NCBI GenBank assembly: GCA_030584105.1
Contig: CP129491.1
Location: forward strand, 2,186,503 to 2,250,502
Direction of reading: 5' to 3'
DNA from: Ignavibacteriaceae bacterium
Lineage (GTDB): Bacteria > Bacteroidota > Ignavibacteria > Ignavibacteriales > Ignavibacteriaceae
Length of the DNA: 64,000 nt
Every line of letters starts with the position of its first letter. Position 1 is the first letter of the stretch. Shown piece after piece: positions 8,984 to 18,930 of the stretch. Under the pieces are notes generated by a model that was not told the DNA's origin, did no database searches, and saw nothing but the letters and a program-made list of their open reading frames with translations. The translations under genes were made by a program, and so were the position numbers.

Positions 8984-11440
8984 GTGAAAATCCATAAATT
9001 TGCCGTAAACTCACTTATTATCGCGTTACTTGCACTCACAGCGGTGTTTGCACAAACGGGGGAAGATATTATTCAGCCCCTAAGAGTGGTCTCGGGGAAA
9101 ACATCCGGGTTCCGGGTTTCCGACATTTTCTACGCAAAAGACTATAACATTAAGTTTGGCGAAAACCCAAACCTTGGCGTCAGCTATAACCCAAAAGACA
9201 GCATCCTGAAAATCACCGCTAAGGAAGATTTTGAGGGGGTTACACTTCTTCCCTTTGAGCACGGGAAAGATAAACGCGTGATACCTGTTGTCGCAGGGAA
9301 ACAACGCTTTCATTCTTTCACATTCAAACCGAACAAGAAGTATAAACACCTTACCGTTATCGGGCAGTTTAACGGATGGAACCGGCAGTATGACCCTATG
9401 ACCGACCCCGATGGAGACGGCATCTATGAAATCTCCGTTCCCATCGAACCCGGCAGGTATGAATATAAATTCTACGGCGACGGCGAAGAAATTGTTGACC
9501 CGCTGAATAAGGACTCCGTTCCCAACGGTTTTGGCGCATACAACTCCGTGATTATTATCAGCAAACCATTCAACAGCCGTTTGTTTTTGCACAAATTGGG
9601 CTTGGAGGAAACAAAATCTTTCAGATTTTTCCGGTTCATCCTCGAAAAAGACGGCGAACCGGTGCCCGTGCAAATGAATGAACTTACCGTGCTGTTGGAT
9701 AACGAATCGATTGTTGACTCAAAAGTGGCATTGGAAAAAGGAATTATTAAGGTAACACTGCCAAGAATGGATATGAAAGGCACAAAACTCCTTAGGGTGG
9801 CCGTTACAAAAGAGGGGCAAAAAAGTAACTGGCAGTATATCGTGCTGAACAACGGAGCTCCCGCAGGCAGCAACGCAGACAACGCAAAAGGAAACGCTAA
9901 AGACAACAAAAAAGGGAGTGCAACGAACGGCAAAAACTTCTCCTGGCTGGATGGAGTCATCTACTCAATCGTTACCGACAGGTTTTCCGACGGCGACAAA
10001 TTCAACAACAAACCGATAAAGGGAGATTCTGTTTTCTTCCCCGCTAACTATCAGGGCGGCGATTTTCAGGGAATTATAAACAAAATTAAAGAGGGCTACT
10101 TCACTAACCTTGGCGTTAATGTCCTCTGGATTTCTCCCGTGAACGATAACCCCAACAACGCTTGGCGCGAGTTTCCGCCGCCGCACAGATGGTACACCGG
10201 CTACCACGGGTATTGGCCCATCAGCGATAAAAAAGTTGAGGAACATTTCGGTACGATGGCGAAATTGAAAGAATTGGTGAGCACCGCACACAAAAAAGGG
10301 ATTAAAGTGCTGCTTGATTTCGTAAGCCATCATGTGCACGAAGACCACCCATGGTTCAAGGAGCACCCCGACTGGTTCGGGACACTCGATCTGCCCGATG
10401 GCAGAAAAAACCTCCGCCTTTTCGATGAATACCGCCTGACTACATGGTTCGAGCCTTACATTCCTTCTTTCGATTTCACCAAATCGAAGGCTGCCATCGA
10501 CGCTGTAAGCGATAATGCCATCTGGTGGTTGGAACAAACCGGCGCCGATGGTTACCGGCACGACGCCGTGAAGCATGTGCCCAACGAGTTCTGGAGAGAG
10601 CTTACCGCAAAAATTAAGCGACACTTCAACGGAAAAAGAGATATTGAGGTGTATCAAATCGGCGAAACCTTCGGCGACTACGCAATGATCTCATCCTATG
10701 TCAACAACGGGCAACTGAGCGCACAGTTCAATTTTAACCTCTTTGATGTGGCTATTGTTGCCTTTTTGGATAATAATGCCTCTTTGGAACTGATTGAAAC
10801 CGAAATGGATAAAACTGCCGAAGTTTATGGCCCGCTGCACCTGATGGGGAACATCATGGACAGCCACGATAAAATCAGATATATGGCTTATGCCGATGGT
10901 GACTTAGCGATTAACGACGGTCGTGCCGCCGAAATGGGGTGGTCTGACCCTCCGAAGGTGGATGATCCCGCAAGTTACGATAAACTGAAACTTTACTACG
11001 CCTGGATGATGACTATCCCCGGGCTTCCTGTTGTTTATTACGGCTCTGAGTTCGGCATGACCGGCGCTGCCGACCCCGATAACAGGCGAATGATGTACTT
11101 CGGCGACAAACTGAACAAATATGAAAAGCAAACAAAGGTAGATGTTACCAAACTTATTCAACTGCGCAACAAATATTCCGCTTTGCGATATGGCGACCTC
11201 TACCCCGTTTTAGCTTCAAAGAACCTGCTGGCTTACATTCGTTCAGATGCAAACGGCAGAATTTTGGTCGTGCTTAACAAATCGGCGGAACCCGAAACGA
11301 TTGAGCTGACCATTCCTAAGTTTTATGACATCGGCAGCGCTGAAAACCTGATTACAGGGGAAAAACTGCCCGTTTCGGCTGACAAAATTACCGTTAAACT
11401 GCCTTCATCCGGCTACGGAATATTTTTGCTGAGCAAGTAG
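8984..11440 (+). CDS. secreted GH13 alpha-amylase-family enzyme with N-terminal CBM48/E-set domain
   Basis: GGAGG lies 8 nt before the GTG start, followed by a signal peptide. VIGQFNGWN..YEYKFYGDGE is CBM48-like. GH13 regions DFVSHHV, GADGYRHDAVKHV, YQIGETFG and NIMDSHD are present. Confidence 0.85.
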   Translation: MKIHKFAVNSLIIALLALTAVFAQTGEDIIQPLRVVSGKTSGFRVSDIFYAKDYNIKFGENPNLGVSYNPKDSILKITAKEDFEGVTLLPFEHGKDKRVIPVVAGKQRFHSFTFKPNKKYKHLTVIGQFNGWNRQYDPMTDPDGDGIYEISVPIEPGRYEYKFYGDGEEIVDPLNKDSVPNGFGAYNSVIIISKPFNSRLFLHKLGLEETKSFRFFRFILEKDGEPVPVQMNELTVLLDNESIVDSKVALEKGIIKVTLPRMDMKGTKLLRVAVTKEGQKSNWQYIVLNNGAPAGSNADNAKGNAKDNKKGSATNGKNFSWLDGVIYSIVTDRFSDGDKFNNKPIKGDSVFFPANYQGGDFQGIINKIKEGYFTNLGVNVLWISPVNDNPNNAWREFPPPHRWYTGYHGYWPISDKKVEEHFGTMAKLKELVSTAHKKGIKVLLDFVSHHVHEDHPWFKEHPDWFGTLDLPDGRKNLRLFDEYRLTTWFEPYIPSFDFTKSKAAIDAVSDNAIWWLEQTGADGYRHDAVKHVPNEFWRELTAKIKRHFNGKRDIEVYQIGETFGDYAMISSYVNNGQLSAQFNFNLFDVAIVAFLDNNASLELIETEMDKTAEVYGPLHLMGNIMDSHDKIRYMAYADGDLAINDGRAAEMGWSDPPKVDDPASYDKLKLYYAWMMTIPGLPVVYYGSEFGMTGAADPDNRRMMYFGDKLNKYEKQTKVDVTKLIQLRNKYSALRYGDLYPVLASKNLLAYIRSDANGRILVVLNKSAEPETIELTIPKFYDIGSAENLITGEKLPVSADKITVKLPSSGYGIFLLSK

Positions 11441-11551
11441 TATGCACCAACACATGCGGACTGTCAATCCCGATCTATCGGGACGAGGGCAAAAGCGCAT
11501 AATTTTTATCCCGATCTATCGGGATAGGAGCAAGTAGTATGCATCAACACA
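11431..11551. repeat. 24-bp duplication of the amylase-stop/glgX-start junction flanking a 73-bp insert with two copies of a small palindrome
   Basis: GAGCAAGTAGTATGCA(C/T)CAACACA occurs at 11431-11454 and 11528-11551. TCCCGATCTATCGGGA occurs at 11468-11483 and 11509-11524. Confidence 0.85.
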
Positions 11552-13608
11552 TTCTGCCCGGAAAGAGTTATCCATTAGGAGCAACCGTTGCCGCCGACGG
11601 CTCGGGGGTTAACTTCTCCGTTTACTCCCGTAACGCCACGATGGTTGAACTGTTGCTTTTCAGCTCACCGGAGGCGCCAACTCCCTCCGATATTATCCGG
11701 ATGAACATCCCCAACAACAGAAGCTACTACTACTGGCACTGCTTCGTTCCGGGGGTAAGGGCGGGGCAGGTGTATGCTTACCGCGTTCACGGTCCGTATA
11801 AACCGGAAGAAGGGCTGAAGTTCGACCCCGAAAAGGTGCTGATTGATCCATACTCACATCTTTTAACCGATAACCTTTATAACCGTGAGGCGGCTCGCAA
11901 ACCCGGAAGCAACCTCGGCTCTTCCCTCAGAAGCGTTGTCGTCGATTTTTCAGATTACGACTGGGAGGGGGATACCCCGCTTAACCGCAACGGCAACCGA
12001 ACCGTAATCTACGAGCTTCATGTTAAGGGCTTCACCGCCAACCCCAACTCCGGCGTTAAAGATGCGCACCGCGGCACCTACAGGGGGCTGATTGAAAAAA
12101 TACCCTACCTGAAAGAGCTGGGCGTAACCGCCGTTGAGCTGCTGCCCGTGCAACACTTCGACCCGAACGATGTGCCGCCGCCTTTGGTGAACTACTGGGG
12201 ATATAACCCCGTCGCTTTTTTCGCACCGCACAGAGCCTACAGCGCCGACAATTCACTCTTTGGGCCTATTAACGAGTTCCGCGACATGGTTAAAGCCTTC
12301 CACAAAGCCGGTATGGAGGTGATTCTTGATGTGGTGTTTAACCATACCGCCGAGGGGGATGAAACGGGACCTACGCTTTCGCTGCGGGGCTTCGAAAATA
12401 AAGATTACTACATCCTCAACGATAAAAATAAGTACCTTTACGCAAACTACACCGGCTGCGGTAACACCCTGAACGCAAACCACGCCGTGGTTAAAAGGAT
12501 GATTATCGATTCACTCCGCTTCTGGGTGGCTGAAATGCATGTGGATGGTTTCCGGTTCGATCTCGCCTCCGTACTTTCACGCGGGGTTGACGGCAAGCCG
12601 CTTCAGGACCCGCCAATTCTCTGGCAGATCGAGTCGAACCCCGTTCTTGCCGGCACAAAATTGATCGCCGAAGCGTGGGATGCCGGCGGGCTGTATCAGG
12701 TCGGCTCTTTCGCCGGATATAAATGGGCTGAGTGGAACGGCAGGTTCCGTGACGACATCAGACGCTTTGTTAAAGGTGAACCCGGGTTGGTGGAAACCGT
12801 CGCGCTTAGGATGGCGGCAAGTCCCGATATTTACACAGACCCACTGAGAGACCCCGCAAGAGGAGTGAATTTCGTAACCTGCCACGATGGCTTCACGATG
12901 AACGACCTCGTTTCGTACGATAAAAAACACAACGAGGATAACCGCGAAAACAACCGCGACGGCGCAAATGACAACTACTCATGGAACCACGGTACCGAGG
13001 GCGCAAGCAACAACCCTGCCGTTGAAACCCTGCGCAAAAAGCAGATTAAAAACTTTATGATTCTGATGTTTGCGGCTCAGGGAACGCCTTTGTTTTCGAT
13101 GGGCGACGAGGTGCGTAAAACACAGCTCGGGAACAATAACGCATACTGCCACGATAACGAAATGAATTGGTTCGACTGGGGGCTGCTCGAGAAAAACGAG
13201 GAAATTTTGCGCTTTACCAAAAAGATCATCCGTTTTACGAACGAAAACGAGATTTTTTCATGGTGTTCACCATGGATGAACGGCGGAAACTTTGGCGAAT
13301 CTATCATGGATCTTCACGGGGTGGAACCGTTTAAGCCCGACCTTAGCCCCCACTCATTAAGCCTTTGCTTCACGCTAAAAGATTTTTGGTATAATGCCTA
13401 TTACCACTTCATTTTCAACAGTTTTTGGGAGCCTTTGGTCTTCCGGCTGCCCCGCTATGCCAACGCCGAAGGGTGGAAAGTGGTGGCAGATACGGGGAAC
13501 GATGCCCCGTACGATTTCTTCAACCCGGGTGATGAGCCGACACTTCCCGACGATAAATATACAGCCCGTGAAAGGAGCAGTGTTATACTCCTTTCACGAA
13601 TGAAATAA
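11539..13608 (+). CDS. glgX: glycogen debranching enzyme (isoamylase-type, GH13_11)
   Basis: AGGAG RBS. HILPGKSYPLGATV..GVNFSVYS N-terminus, plus VILDVVFNHTAEG, VDGFRFDLASVL, LIAEAWD and VNFVTCHDGFTMNDLVSY. Confidence 0.9.
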   Translation: MHQHILPGKSYPLGATVAADGSGVNFSVYSRNATMVELLLFSSPEAPTPSDIIRMNIPNNRSYYYWHCFVPGVRAGQVYAYRVHGPYKPEEGLKFDPEKVLIDPYSHLLTDNLYNREAARKPGSNLGSSLRSVVVDFSDYDWEGDTPLNRNGNRTVIYELHVKGFTANPNSGVKDAHRGTYRGLIEKIPYLKELGVTAVELLPVQHFDPNDVPPPLVNYWGYNPVAFFAPHRAYSADNSLFGPINEFRDMVKAFHKAGMEVILDVVFNHTAEGDETGPTLSLRGFENKDYYILNDKNKYLYANYTGCGNTLNANHAVVKRMIIDSLRFWVAEMHVDGFRFDLASVLSRGVDGKPLQDPPILWQIESNPVLAGTKLIAEAWDAGGLYQVGSFAGYKWAEWNGRFRDDIRRFVKGEPGLVETVALRMAASPDIYTDPLRDPARGVNFVTCHDGFTMNDLVSYDKKHNEDNRENNRDGANDNYSWNHGTEGASNNPAVETLRKKQIKNFMILMFAAQGTPLFSMGDEVRKTQLGNNNAYCHDNEMNWFDWGLLEKNEEILRFTKKIIRFTNENEIFSWCSPWMNGGNFGESIMDLHGVEPFKPDLSPHSLSLCFTLKDFWYNAYYHFIFNSFWEPLVFRLPRYANAEGWKVVADTGNDAPYDFFNPGDEPTLPDDKYTARERSSVILLSRMK

Positions 13609-13657
13609 TTTTTTTTGGGGTTAGCCGTTTGCCGGAATAGTTTGCCTTGTTCCGAAG

Positions 13658-13762
13658 GGCTTGGTTTGCCAAAACGGCTCAGTTTATGCAGGAGTGGCTT
13701 AGTTTATGGCAAAACGGCTTGGTTTATGGCAAAACGGCTTGGTTTTCACCGGAATGGCTCAG
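13658..13762. repeat. c. 20-bp tandem repeat, about 5 copies
   Basis: Degenerate GGCTTGGTTTATGGCAAAAC units run from 13658 up to the stop codon of the minus-strand OMP gene. Confidence 0.75.
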
Positions 13763-14451
13763 AATGATATGTTTACGCCCAATTGTGCGTAGAGCATATC
13801 TGTTTTTGATTTACGCGGGTGGTAGATAACCTTTCCGTGTTGGGTATCAATTTCAACATCTTTTTCTGTCAGGTACTCGGCTTTTGTTCCGAAAAGGTAC
13901 CTTACTTTCAGATCAACCATCACATTTGTGGTTTCGTTGCTGTAAACATTGAACATGATGCCGGGTCCGCCGCCGTAGCTGAACGCCCAGTCATCAAGGT
14001 TGGTATCGCTTGCCACATCCTGATTTTGATTCGAGCCGCTTCTGCTTTGTACCGAAGTGGTGGTATAGAGGTATTGGCCGCCGGCCATCAGATCGACATA
14101 AGCCTTCAGCAGGGTGGTTGGAGTTCCGATTCTGATCAGCCCGTTAAGAGCGACAAGGTTGTTCTGCCTTGTAACATCCACTGTAAGGTCGGGGATGGTG
14201 TAGCTCCAGGGAGCTCTTCTGGTTTCGCTGCCGTAGTTAATGAAGATCAGGTTAGCACCCCACTCAACGGGTGAGCCTTTTACGGTCGGCAGGATAAGTT
14301 CGGCGCCAATTCCGTAGCCAAGTTTATCGACATTATCTTTGAACTCGCCCTGCGGAAAACCAAGAGCGAAGTTGACTCCGAGGCTCTGTGAGAAAGCAAC
14401 CGATGAAAACGAGATGAATAAAAGTGTGATAAATAATTTGGTTTTTGTCAT
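13759..14451 (-). CDS. small outer-membrane beta-barrel protein (OmpW/OmpA-barrel-like)
   Basis: Start moved to ATG 14451, which gives the signal peptide MTKTKLFITLLFISFSSVAFSQS. Gly/aromatic-rich strands end in ...GVNISF. Confidence 0.65.
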   Translation of the reverse strand: MTKTKLFITLLFISFSSVAFSQSLGVNFALGFPQGEFKDNVDKLGYGIGAELILPTVKGSPVEWGANLIFINYGSETRRAPWSYTIPDLTVDVTRQNNLVALNGLIRIGTPTTLLKAYVDLMAGGQYLYTTTSVQSRSGSNQNQDVASDTNLDDWAFSYGGGPGIMFNVYSNETTNVMVDLKVRYLFGTKAEYLTEKDVEIDTQHGKVIYHPRKSKTDMLYAQLGVNISF

Positions 14452-14839
14452 ATTCGTATCATAAATTTGAAAAAATGTATTGCGAATATAATGAAATGTT
14501 GCCATTTTGAAAGAATTGTCGGTGTTTCAGTGGGGTGAATTGTGATGTGTATCTTGTTTAGGGTAGGGGTTTTCTTTTTTCGTTTCTGTGAGTTTAGGTT
14601 TCCGTGAGTTTAGGTTGTGTTTGAATTGGGGAGTCCTGGTATTTTTTTATTTTAATACCGTTTCAGTTCAACATGATAAAGTAATGCGCAAGGATAGTTA
14701 AAGATGGTTAAGTTTTCAAAAACTGTATATTATGCCGGTTATGCCGGAGAAAATTTGAAAGATGAGAGATTCAAATATGTTTTTTTTGCGTTGTCGGAAT
14801 GGCTTTCTTTCAATAAAACCCAACAAACGGAAGAGCTCA

Positions 14840-15037
14840 ATGGGCAAAATAGTTGTTGAAGCCTTACTGCGGTTATTGATCATAATAGTGGTGGTGTTTT
14901 TCATCCGCACCGCCATGCCTGACGATAAATTCCGGCTGATTTTAACACTGTTCGCCGTAAGTGCGGGGGTTATATTTCCAAAAGCGCTTCCCGAGAACCG
15001 AAATGCTAAAAACCAAGGCTTCCGATGGGCAAAATAG
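14840..15037 (+). pseudogene. duplicated 5' copy of the downstream small membrane-protein gene, with an unrelated tail
   Basis: It encodes MGKIVVEALLRLLIIIVVVFFIRTAMPDDKFRLILTLFAVSAGVI, then diverges and stops at 15037. It lacks the Cys-rich C-terminus of the full copy. Confidence 0.45.
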
Positions 15038-15165
15038 TAGTTGAAGCCTTACTGCGATTATTGATAATAATAGTGGTGGTGTTTTTCATCCGCACCGCCA
15101 TGCCTGATGATAAATTTTGGCTGATTTTAACACTGTTCGCCGTAAGTGCGGGGGTAATCCTTCCC
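14840..15165. repeat. tandem segmental duplication, period 185 bp, c. 140 bp conserved per copy
   Basis: ATGGGCAAAATAGT(T/A)GTTGAAGCC...GTAAGTGCGGGGGT occurs at 14840-14980 and 15025-15165 with a few substitutions. Confidence 0.9.
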
Positions 15166-15336
15166 ATTTGGAACTCCTACAAAAAATTCATCGCCGAAAA
15201 CAAAGAAGTATTGGAAAACTCCCTCTGTTCCCGCTGCCGCCACTTCGATCGCTCCGCCGTTCTCTGCACCAAATACGAAGAGCACCCCCGCAAAGACTAC
15301 ATCCCCTGTGGCGGCAAAGATTTCGAACCAAGGTAA
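15025..15336 (+). CDS. small two-TM membrane protein with C-terminal CxxC...C...C (zinc-ribbon-like) tail
   Basis: A 103-aa ORF with two hydrophobic helices, then CSRCRHFDRSAVLCTKYEEHPRKDYIPCGG. Confidence 0.55.
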   Translation: MGKIVVEALLRLLIIIVVVFFIRTAMPDDKFWLILTLFAVSAGVILPIWNSYKKFIAENKEVLENSLCSRCRHFDRSAVLCTKYEEHPRKDYIPCGGKDFEPR

Positions 15337-15402
15337 ATTATTATGTGAATTTCCTATTTTTAATAAAATGGGAAAATATCTAAAATTTTATTAAACTTAG
15401 TT

Positions 15403-16647
15403 TTAATTAATATTTTGATTTTCTATTTTGTCGGTATATAATTTTTTGAACCTCGCTCTAATCTCTGGAGTTATCGAAGGAGTCCCTATTCGCGAACGGG
15501 AAGCATGATAACTATCCAACAAATTGTGTATGTATGGTGGTTGAAGTCTTGCGACTCTTGTTATTTTTGACCGATTATTTTTATAAAATAAGGCTTCTCT
15601 TTTGAAAAAGATAGTCCCTCTACGAAAGTCGCATGCTAAACAAGGCTTTGAATTATAGTTTGCCCATGGAAGGATAAATTCAAAATATAGATGGGCTTGA
15701 TTTTCTAGTTTTATTTCTTTTTCAATTATTAGGAGACACTCTATTTCTATTTGTTTTTCTTGTTCATTAGTATAAAAATGTCGAATATCGCATTCAGGTG
15801 TAATAACTATATGATAAGAACCGTTAAGTCTAAATATATCCCCAGTAAATAATTTATCATTTTTGGGGGGATTAGAATATAAAAGATTTTTAACTAACTG
15901 AGACAACCTTTCAACAGCCCTATCATCAAACTTTTTAATTTTTTCCTTTGTGAAATCCTTTTTGATTTGCTTTTTCATCGCCTTTAATAAGGGTCCATCA
16001 TTCTTAATTTTTTCCGCCACTAACCTGTTTAACACCGAAATTACACCCACTGCAGGTTCTAAAAGGTCCAATTTATTAACATATGCAAAATAATCTATCC
16101 AGTTTGTATCATTTCCATCAAGAAAATTTAATTCTTTGTTCATTGTTCTAATCAAAGCATTTAAATAATTTCTCGGAACTTTAAGAGCTTTGTTTTTATT
16201 CGCTAATTTCTTTATTCCTTTAAATATTTTTTTAGATTCTTCAATTTGATTCTTAGGTTTTCGTTCGAACCTTATTCTATCTCCAAATTTTGCGGTGAAT
16301 TCTTTTTTTATTTCATCTGAAATACCCTCTTGAGAATATATATAGATAAGAGAATATATATCCTTTCCCCGTAAAGTGTTTTCTACAGTTAATTCTCCCG
16401 GTTCGATAAGATTCCCTTCATTTTGTGAGAGTTCATTATCATCTTGTGCGAATTTACGATCGAATTGCCAGTCTAAAATAATTGCAACCGGCGAAGCCAA
16501 AGAATCCAATAAAACTTCAAAACGCTGAATCGAATCAACAGGTATTACGAAATACTCCGTTGATTTTTTCAATTCATTAAATAATTTGTGTTCTTCAGAT
16601 TTCTGATCAAATACCTTATCGTCCACAAAGAGTATTACACCCTCCAT
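15403..16647 (-). CDS. receiver (CheY-like) domain protein with uncharacterised C-terminal effector domain
   Basis: REC-like pattern: VILFVDDK (acidic pair), VAIILDWQF (candidate phospho-acceptor Asp), IYIYSQEG, ERKPK. The C-terminal c. 160 aa has HIVITPECD ... CLLIIEKEIK (a D...ExK-like pattern). Its ATG directly abuts the upstream TAA. Confidence 0.6.
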   Translation of the reverse strand: MEGVILFVDDKVFDQKSEEHKLFNELKKSTEYFVIPVDSIQRFEVLLDSLASPVAIILDWQFDRKFAQDDNELSQNEGNLIEPGELTVENTLRGKDIYSLIYIYSQEGISDEIKKEFTAKFGDRIRFERKPKNQIEESKKIFKGIKKLANKNKALKVPRNYLNALIRTMNKELNFLDGNDTNWIDYFAYVNKLDLLEPAVGVISVLNRLVAEKIKNDGPLLKAMKKQIKKDFTKEKIKKFDDRAVERLSQLVKNLLYSNPPKNDKLFTGDIFRLNGSYHIVITPECDIRHFYTNEQEKQIEIECLLIIEKEIKLENQAHLYFEFILPWANYNSKPCLACDFRRGTIFFKREALFYKNNRSKITRVARLQPPYIHNLLDSYHASRSRIGTPSITPEIRARFKKLYTDKIENQNIN

Positions 16648-18930
16648 TTATCCTCCGTTTAATATTTTGGTTTCTGGTTTTACATTAAAATTTCTTTTGG
16701 ATACATCGATTACTTGTTGAAATTCAATCACGAAATTCGCCCCGTCGGTCAGTCTTTCAGATTCTTTTGTGGCAACATAAATTGTTGCATTGATCCTGTC
16801 TAAAATTTCTTTGACGATGTATAAACCTAAACCTCTCCCTTGTGCTTTCATTGAAAAAAATTCCGAAAAAATAAACAGTTCTATACCTTTTTTAACACCT
16901 GGGCCTGTATCAGCAATTGTTAGTTTCTTTTCCAATGAATCAATTTTGAATATGATTCTTTTATTTTTACTCCCTTTCAAATTCACCCAATAAATGGCAT
17001 TGTCAACAATGTTGATTAAGAATTGTAAAACTAATCCTAAATTGGTCCTTAACATAATGTCATCATCAGCGGTAATTTCTATTTTAATTTTATTCTGAAT
17101 TTCACTATCAAAATATTTCAATATTTTTTTAATTGATTGTAATAAACTAACCTCCTTAATTTCTCTTCTTTGAAACTTGAAAAGAGGTTGAATTATCTGA
17201 AGTTGTTCATACACAATTTTGATAATCTCCTGGACTTCTTTTAACATAGTTTCAGTCTCTGAGAAATCCATCCTATCACTCTTGATCTTAAGCAAACTGT
17301 TATTGATAATATTATTTAGTCTTGAGAGTAACATGAAAGTATCATGGGAAGATTTTTCAACTGCCATCCCAAGCCCTGCCAAATCTTCAACGGTTCGAAG
17401 TTTTAAGATAGTATTCTTTTGAAATTCTTCAATGCTTTTCTTAAGTTTATTAGCAGATTCAATAATTTTAAGATCGGTTCTTTCTTCTAAAGATTCTGTG
17501 AATTCTGTAATTGCGTCAGAAATTGACTGGTATGGTGCATTCGTATTTTGGGTAGATTTTAACTCCTTATGTATTTTATCAATTTTAATTTCTGCGTGAA
17601 ATATTTGTACAATCGATAGAACCACTGCTGCAAATTCGTCAAATATCCCACCAGAATTCATCAAACCTTGCCTGCTTGATGTATCTTTTAAATCTTTATT
17701 ATGCTCCTGAGAGATATATACAAAACCGACTATGTCACTATAACTAGGGTAATCACCGGCTTTTTGAACTGATCGCAACTTATCAAGTTCCAACCAATCA
17801 TATCCTTTCTCGCCAAACGGATATACTCTTACTCCATCTCTTAAAACATAAATAAAATGCTTTTTAAAAGCCTGAAGTTGTTTTCTATTAAGCTTTGAAT
17901 AATCTGGCTTTTTAAGATCATTTGCGAATAACGAAAATTTAAATTCACCAACAGATAACTTACTCTTATTGGACAGATACCCTTTCTTTTTCTTATTTAG
18001 TGCTTGAAGATCATAATTCTCTTTAGCTAAAATTTTATTGTCAAAAATTCTAATTATCTTGGAAAAGGCTCTCATCGGGTTTTTGGAGTTGTAGATAAAC
18101 TGAAGCTTCCCTTCATTATCAATCGTCCCGTACATCTCATAATCTGAATCCATTAAAATTTCTTTTAATGAATATTGGGATTCTTTAGTGATTAACTCAC
18201 CCTCCCAAATCATCTTAACATTAAAATCAGAGATAATTTCCTGTTTCAATTCTTCAGCTTTTGGGTCTTCAGCAGGAATCAATTTCTCGATTGATTCAAA
18301 AACACTCCTAAAATCATCTTTAGCCCACTTTTCTCTCAAATCAGTAATTCTTATAACCGTCCCACTCGATTTGATTAGTTCCCCATTTTGAAACTCCGTA
18401 ATAGTTGGTTCTATTTCACTAAGGAGTTTATGCTTTTTTGAACCTTCATCAGTGAAAAGCGTCGGTTCATCATCATCTAAGCCTTCGAAACTTACTTCCA
18501 AACAAAATTCTGATCCTTCATCTTTTCTGGTATAAACACTTACCTTTCTTCCAATTTTGTGAATCGCGAATCGTCCAATTCCTTTCTCACCTTGAATTGT
18601 TCGGCCAAGCTTCGTTACATTGTCCCTATTTATTTTTTTATCAAGTTTGTTAGGTGTTGCTGGTCGAAGCCACACTTCTTTCAGATCATTCAAACCCATC
18701 CCCAAACCATTGTCGATTATTTCAATTGCTTCCTCTCCACTATTTTTCGTTGAATTGGATTGGGAACCAGAGTCGTATTTAATAGTAACTTCAGTAGCAT
18801 CAGCATCGTATGAATTTTTTATTAACTCTGTAAGAGCAATTTTCCTATCGGTAATCAATTGATCACCCAATATGCTCAACAGTCTTGCGTACGGCTCAAA
18901 TTTATATTTAATTTTTTTATTTTTTGGCAC
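16648..18930 (-). CDS. double GHKL protein: N-terminal MORC/Hsp90/MutL-type ATPase plus C-terminal histidine-kinase-type ATPase
   Basis: N-terminal motifs ELIKNSYDADATEV, IEIIDNGLGMG and GEKGIGRFA. C-terminal motifs NIVDNAIYW (N box), IADTGPGV (G1) and GRGLGLYIV (G2), preceded by a possible H-box, VEKSSHDTF. The GTG start overlaps the upstream TAG by 1 nt. Confidence 0.7.
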   Translation of the reverse strand: MPKNKKIKYKFEPYARLLSILGDQLITDRKIALTELIKNSYDADATEVTIKYDSGSQSNSTKNSGEEAIEIIDNGLGMGLNDLKEVWLRPATPNKLDKKINRDNVTKLGRTIQGEKGIGRFAIHKIGRKVSVYTRKDEGSEFCLEVSFEGLDDDEPTLFTDEGSKKHKLLSEIEPTITEFQNGELIKSSGTVIRITDLREKWAKDDFRSVFESIEKLIPAEDPKAEELKQEIISDFNVKMIWEGELITKESQYSLKEILMDSDYEMYGTIDNEGKLQFIYNSKNPMRAFSKIIRIFDNKILAKENYDLQALNKKKKGYLSNKSKLSVGEFKFSLFANDLKKPDYSKLNRKQLQAFKKHFIYVLRDGVRVYPFGEKGYDWLELDKLRSVQKAGDYPSYSDIVGFVYISQEHNKDLKDTSSRQGLMNSGGIFDEFAAVVLSIVQIFHAEIKIDKIHKELKSTQNTNAPYQSISDAITEFTESLEERTDLKIIESANKLKKSIEEFQKNTILKLRTVEDLAGLGMAVEKSSHDTFMLLSRLNNIINNSLLKIKSDRMDFSETETMLKEVQEIIKIVYEQLQIIQPLFKFQRREIKEVSLLQSIKKILKYFDSEIQNKIKIEITADDDIMLRTNLGLVLQFLINIVDNAIYWVNLKGSKNKRIIFKIDSLEKKLTIADTGPGVKKGIELFIFSEFFSMKAQGRGLGLYIVKEILDRINATIYVATKESERLTDGANFVIEFQQVIDVSKRNFNVKPETKILNGG

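Noticed and set aside
8666-8995. ORFs of 61, 100 and 62 aa upstream of the amylase
   Set aside because: They start inside or just after a terminator, are low-complexity with no RBS, and one overlaps the amylase start on the opposite strand.
9080-10657. Three long minus-strand ORFs (197, 162 and 230 aa)
   Set aside because: They are antisense to the GH13 amylase, whose catalytic motifs are unambiguous, and they have no motifs of their own.
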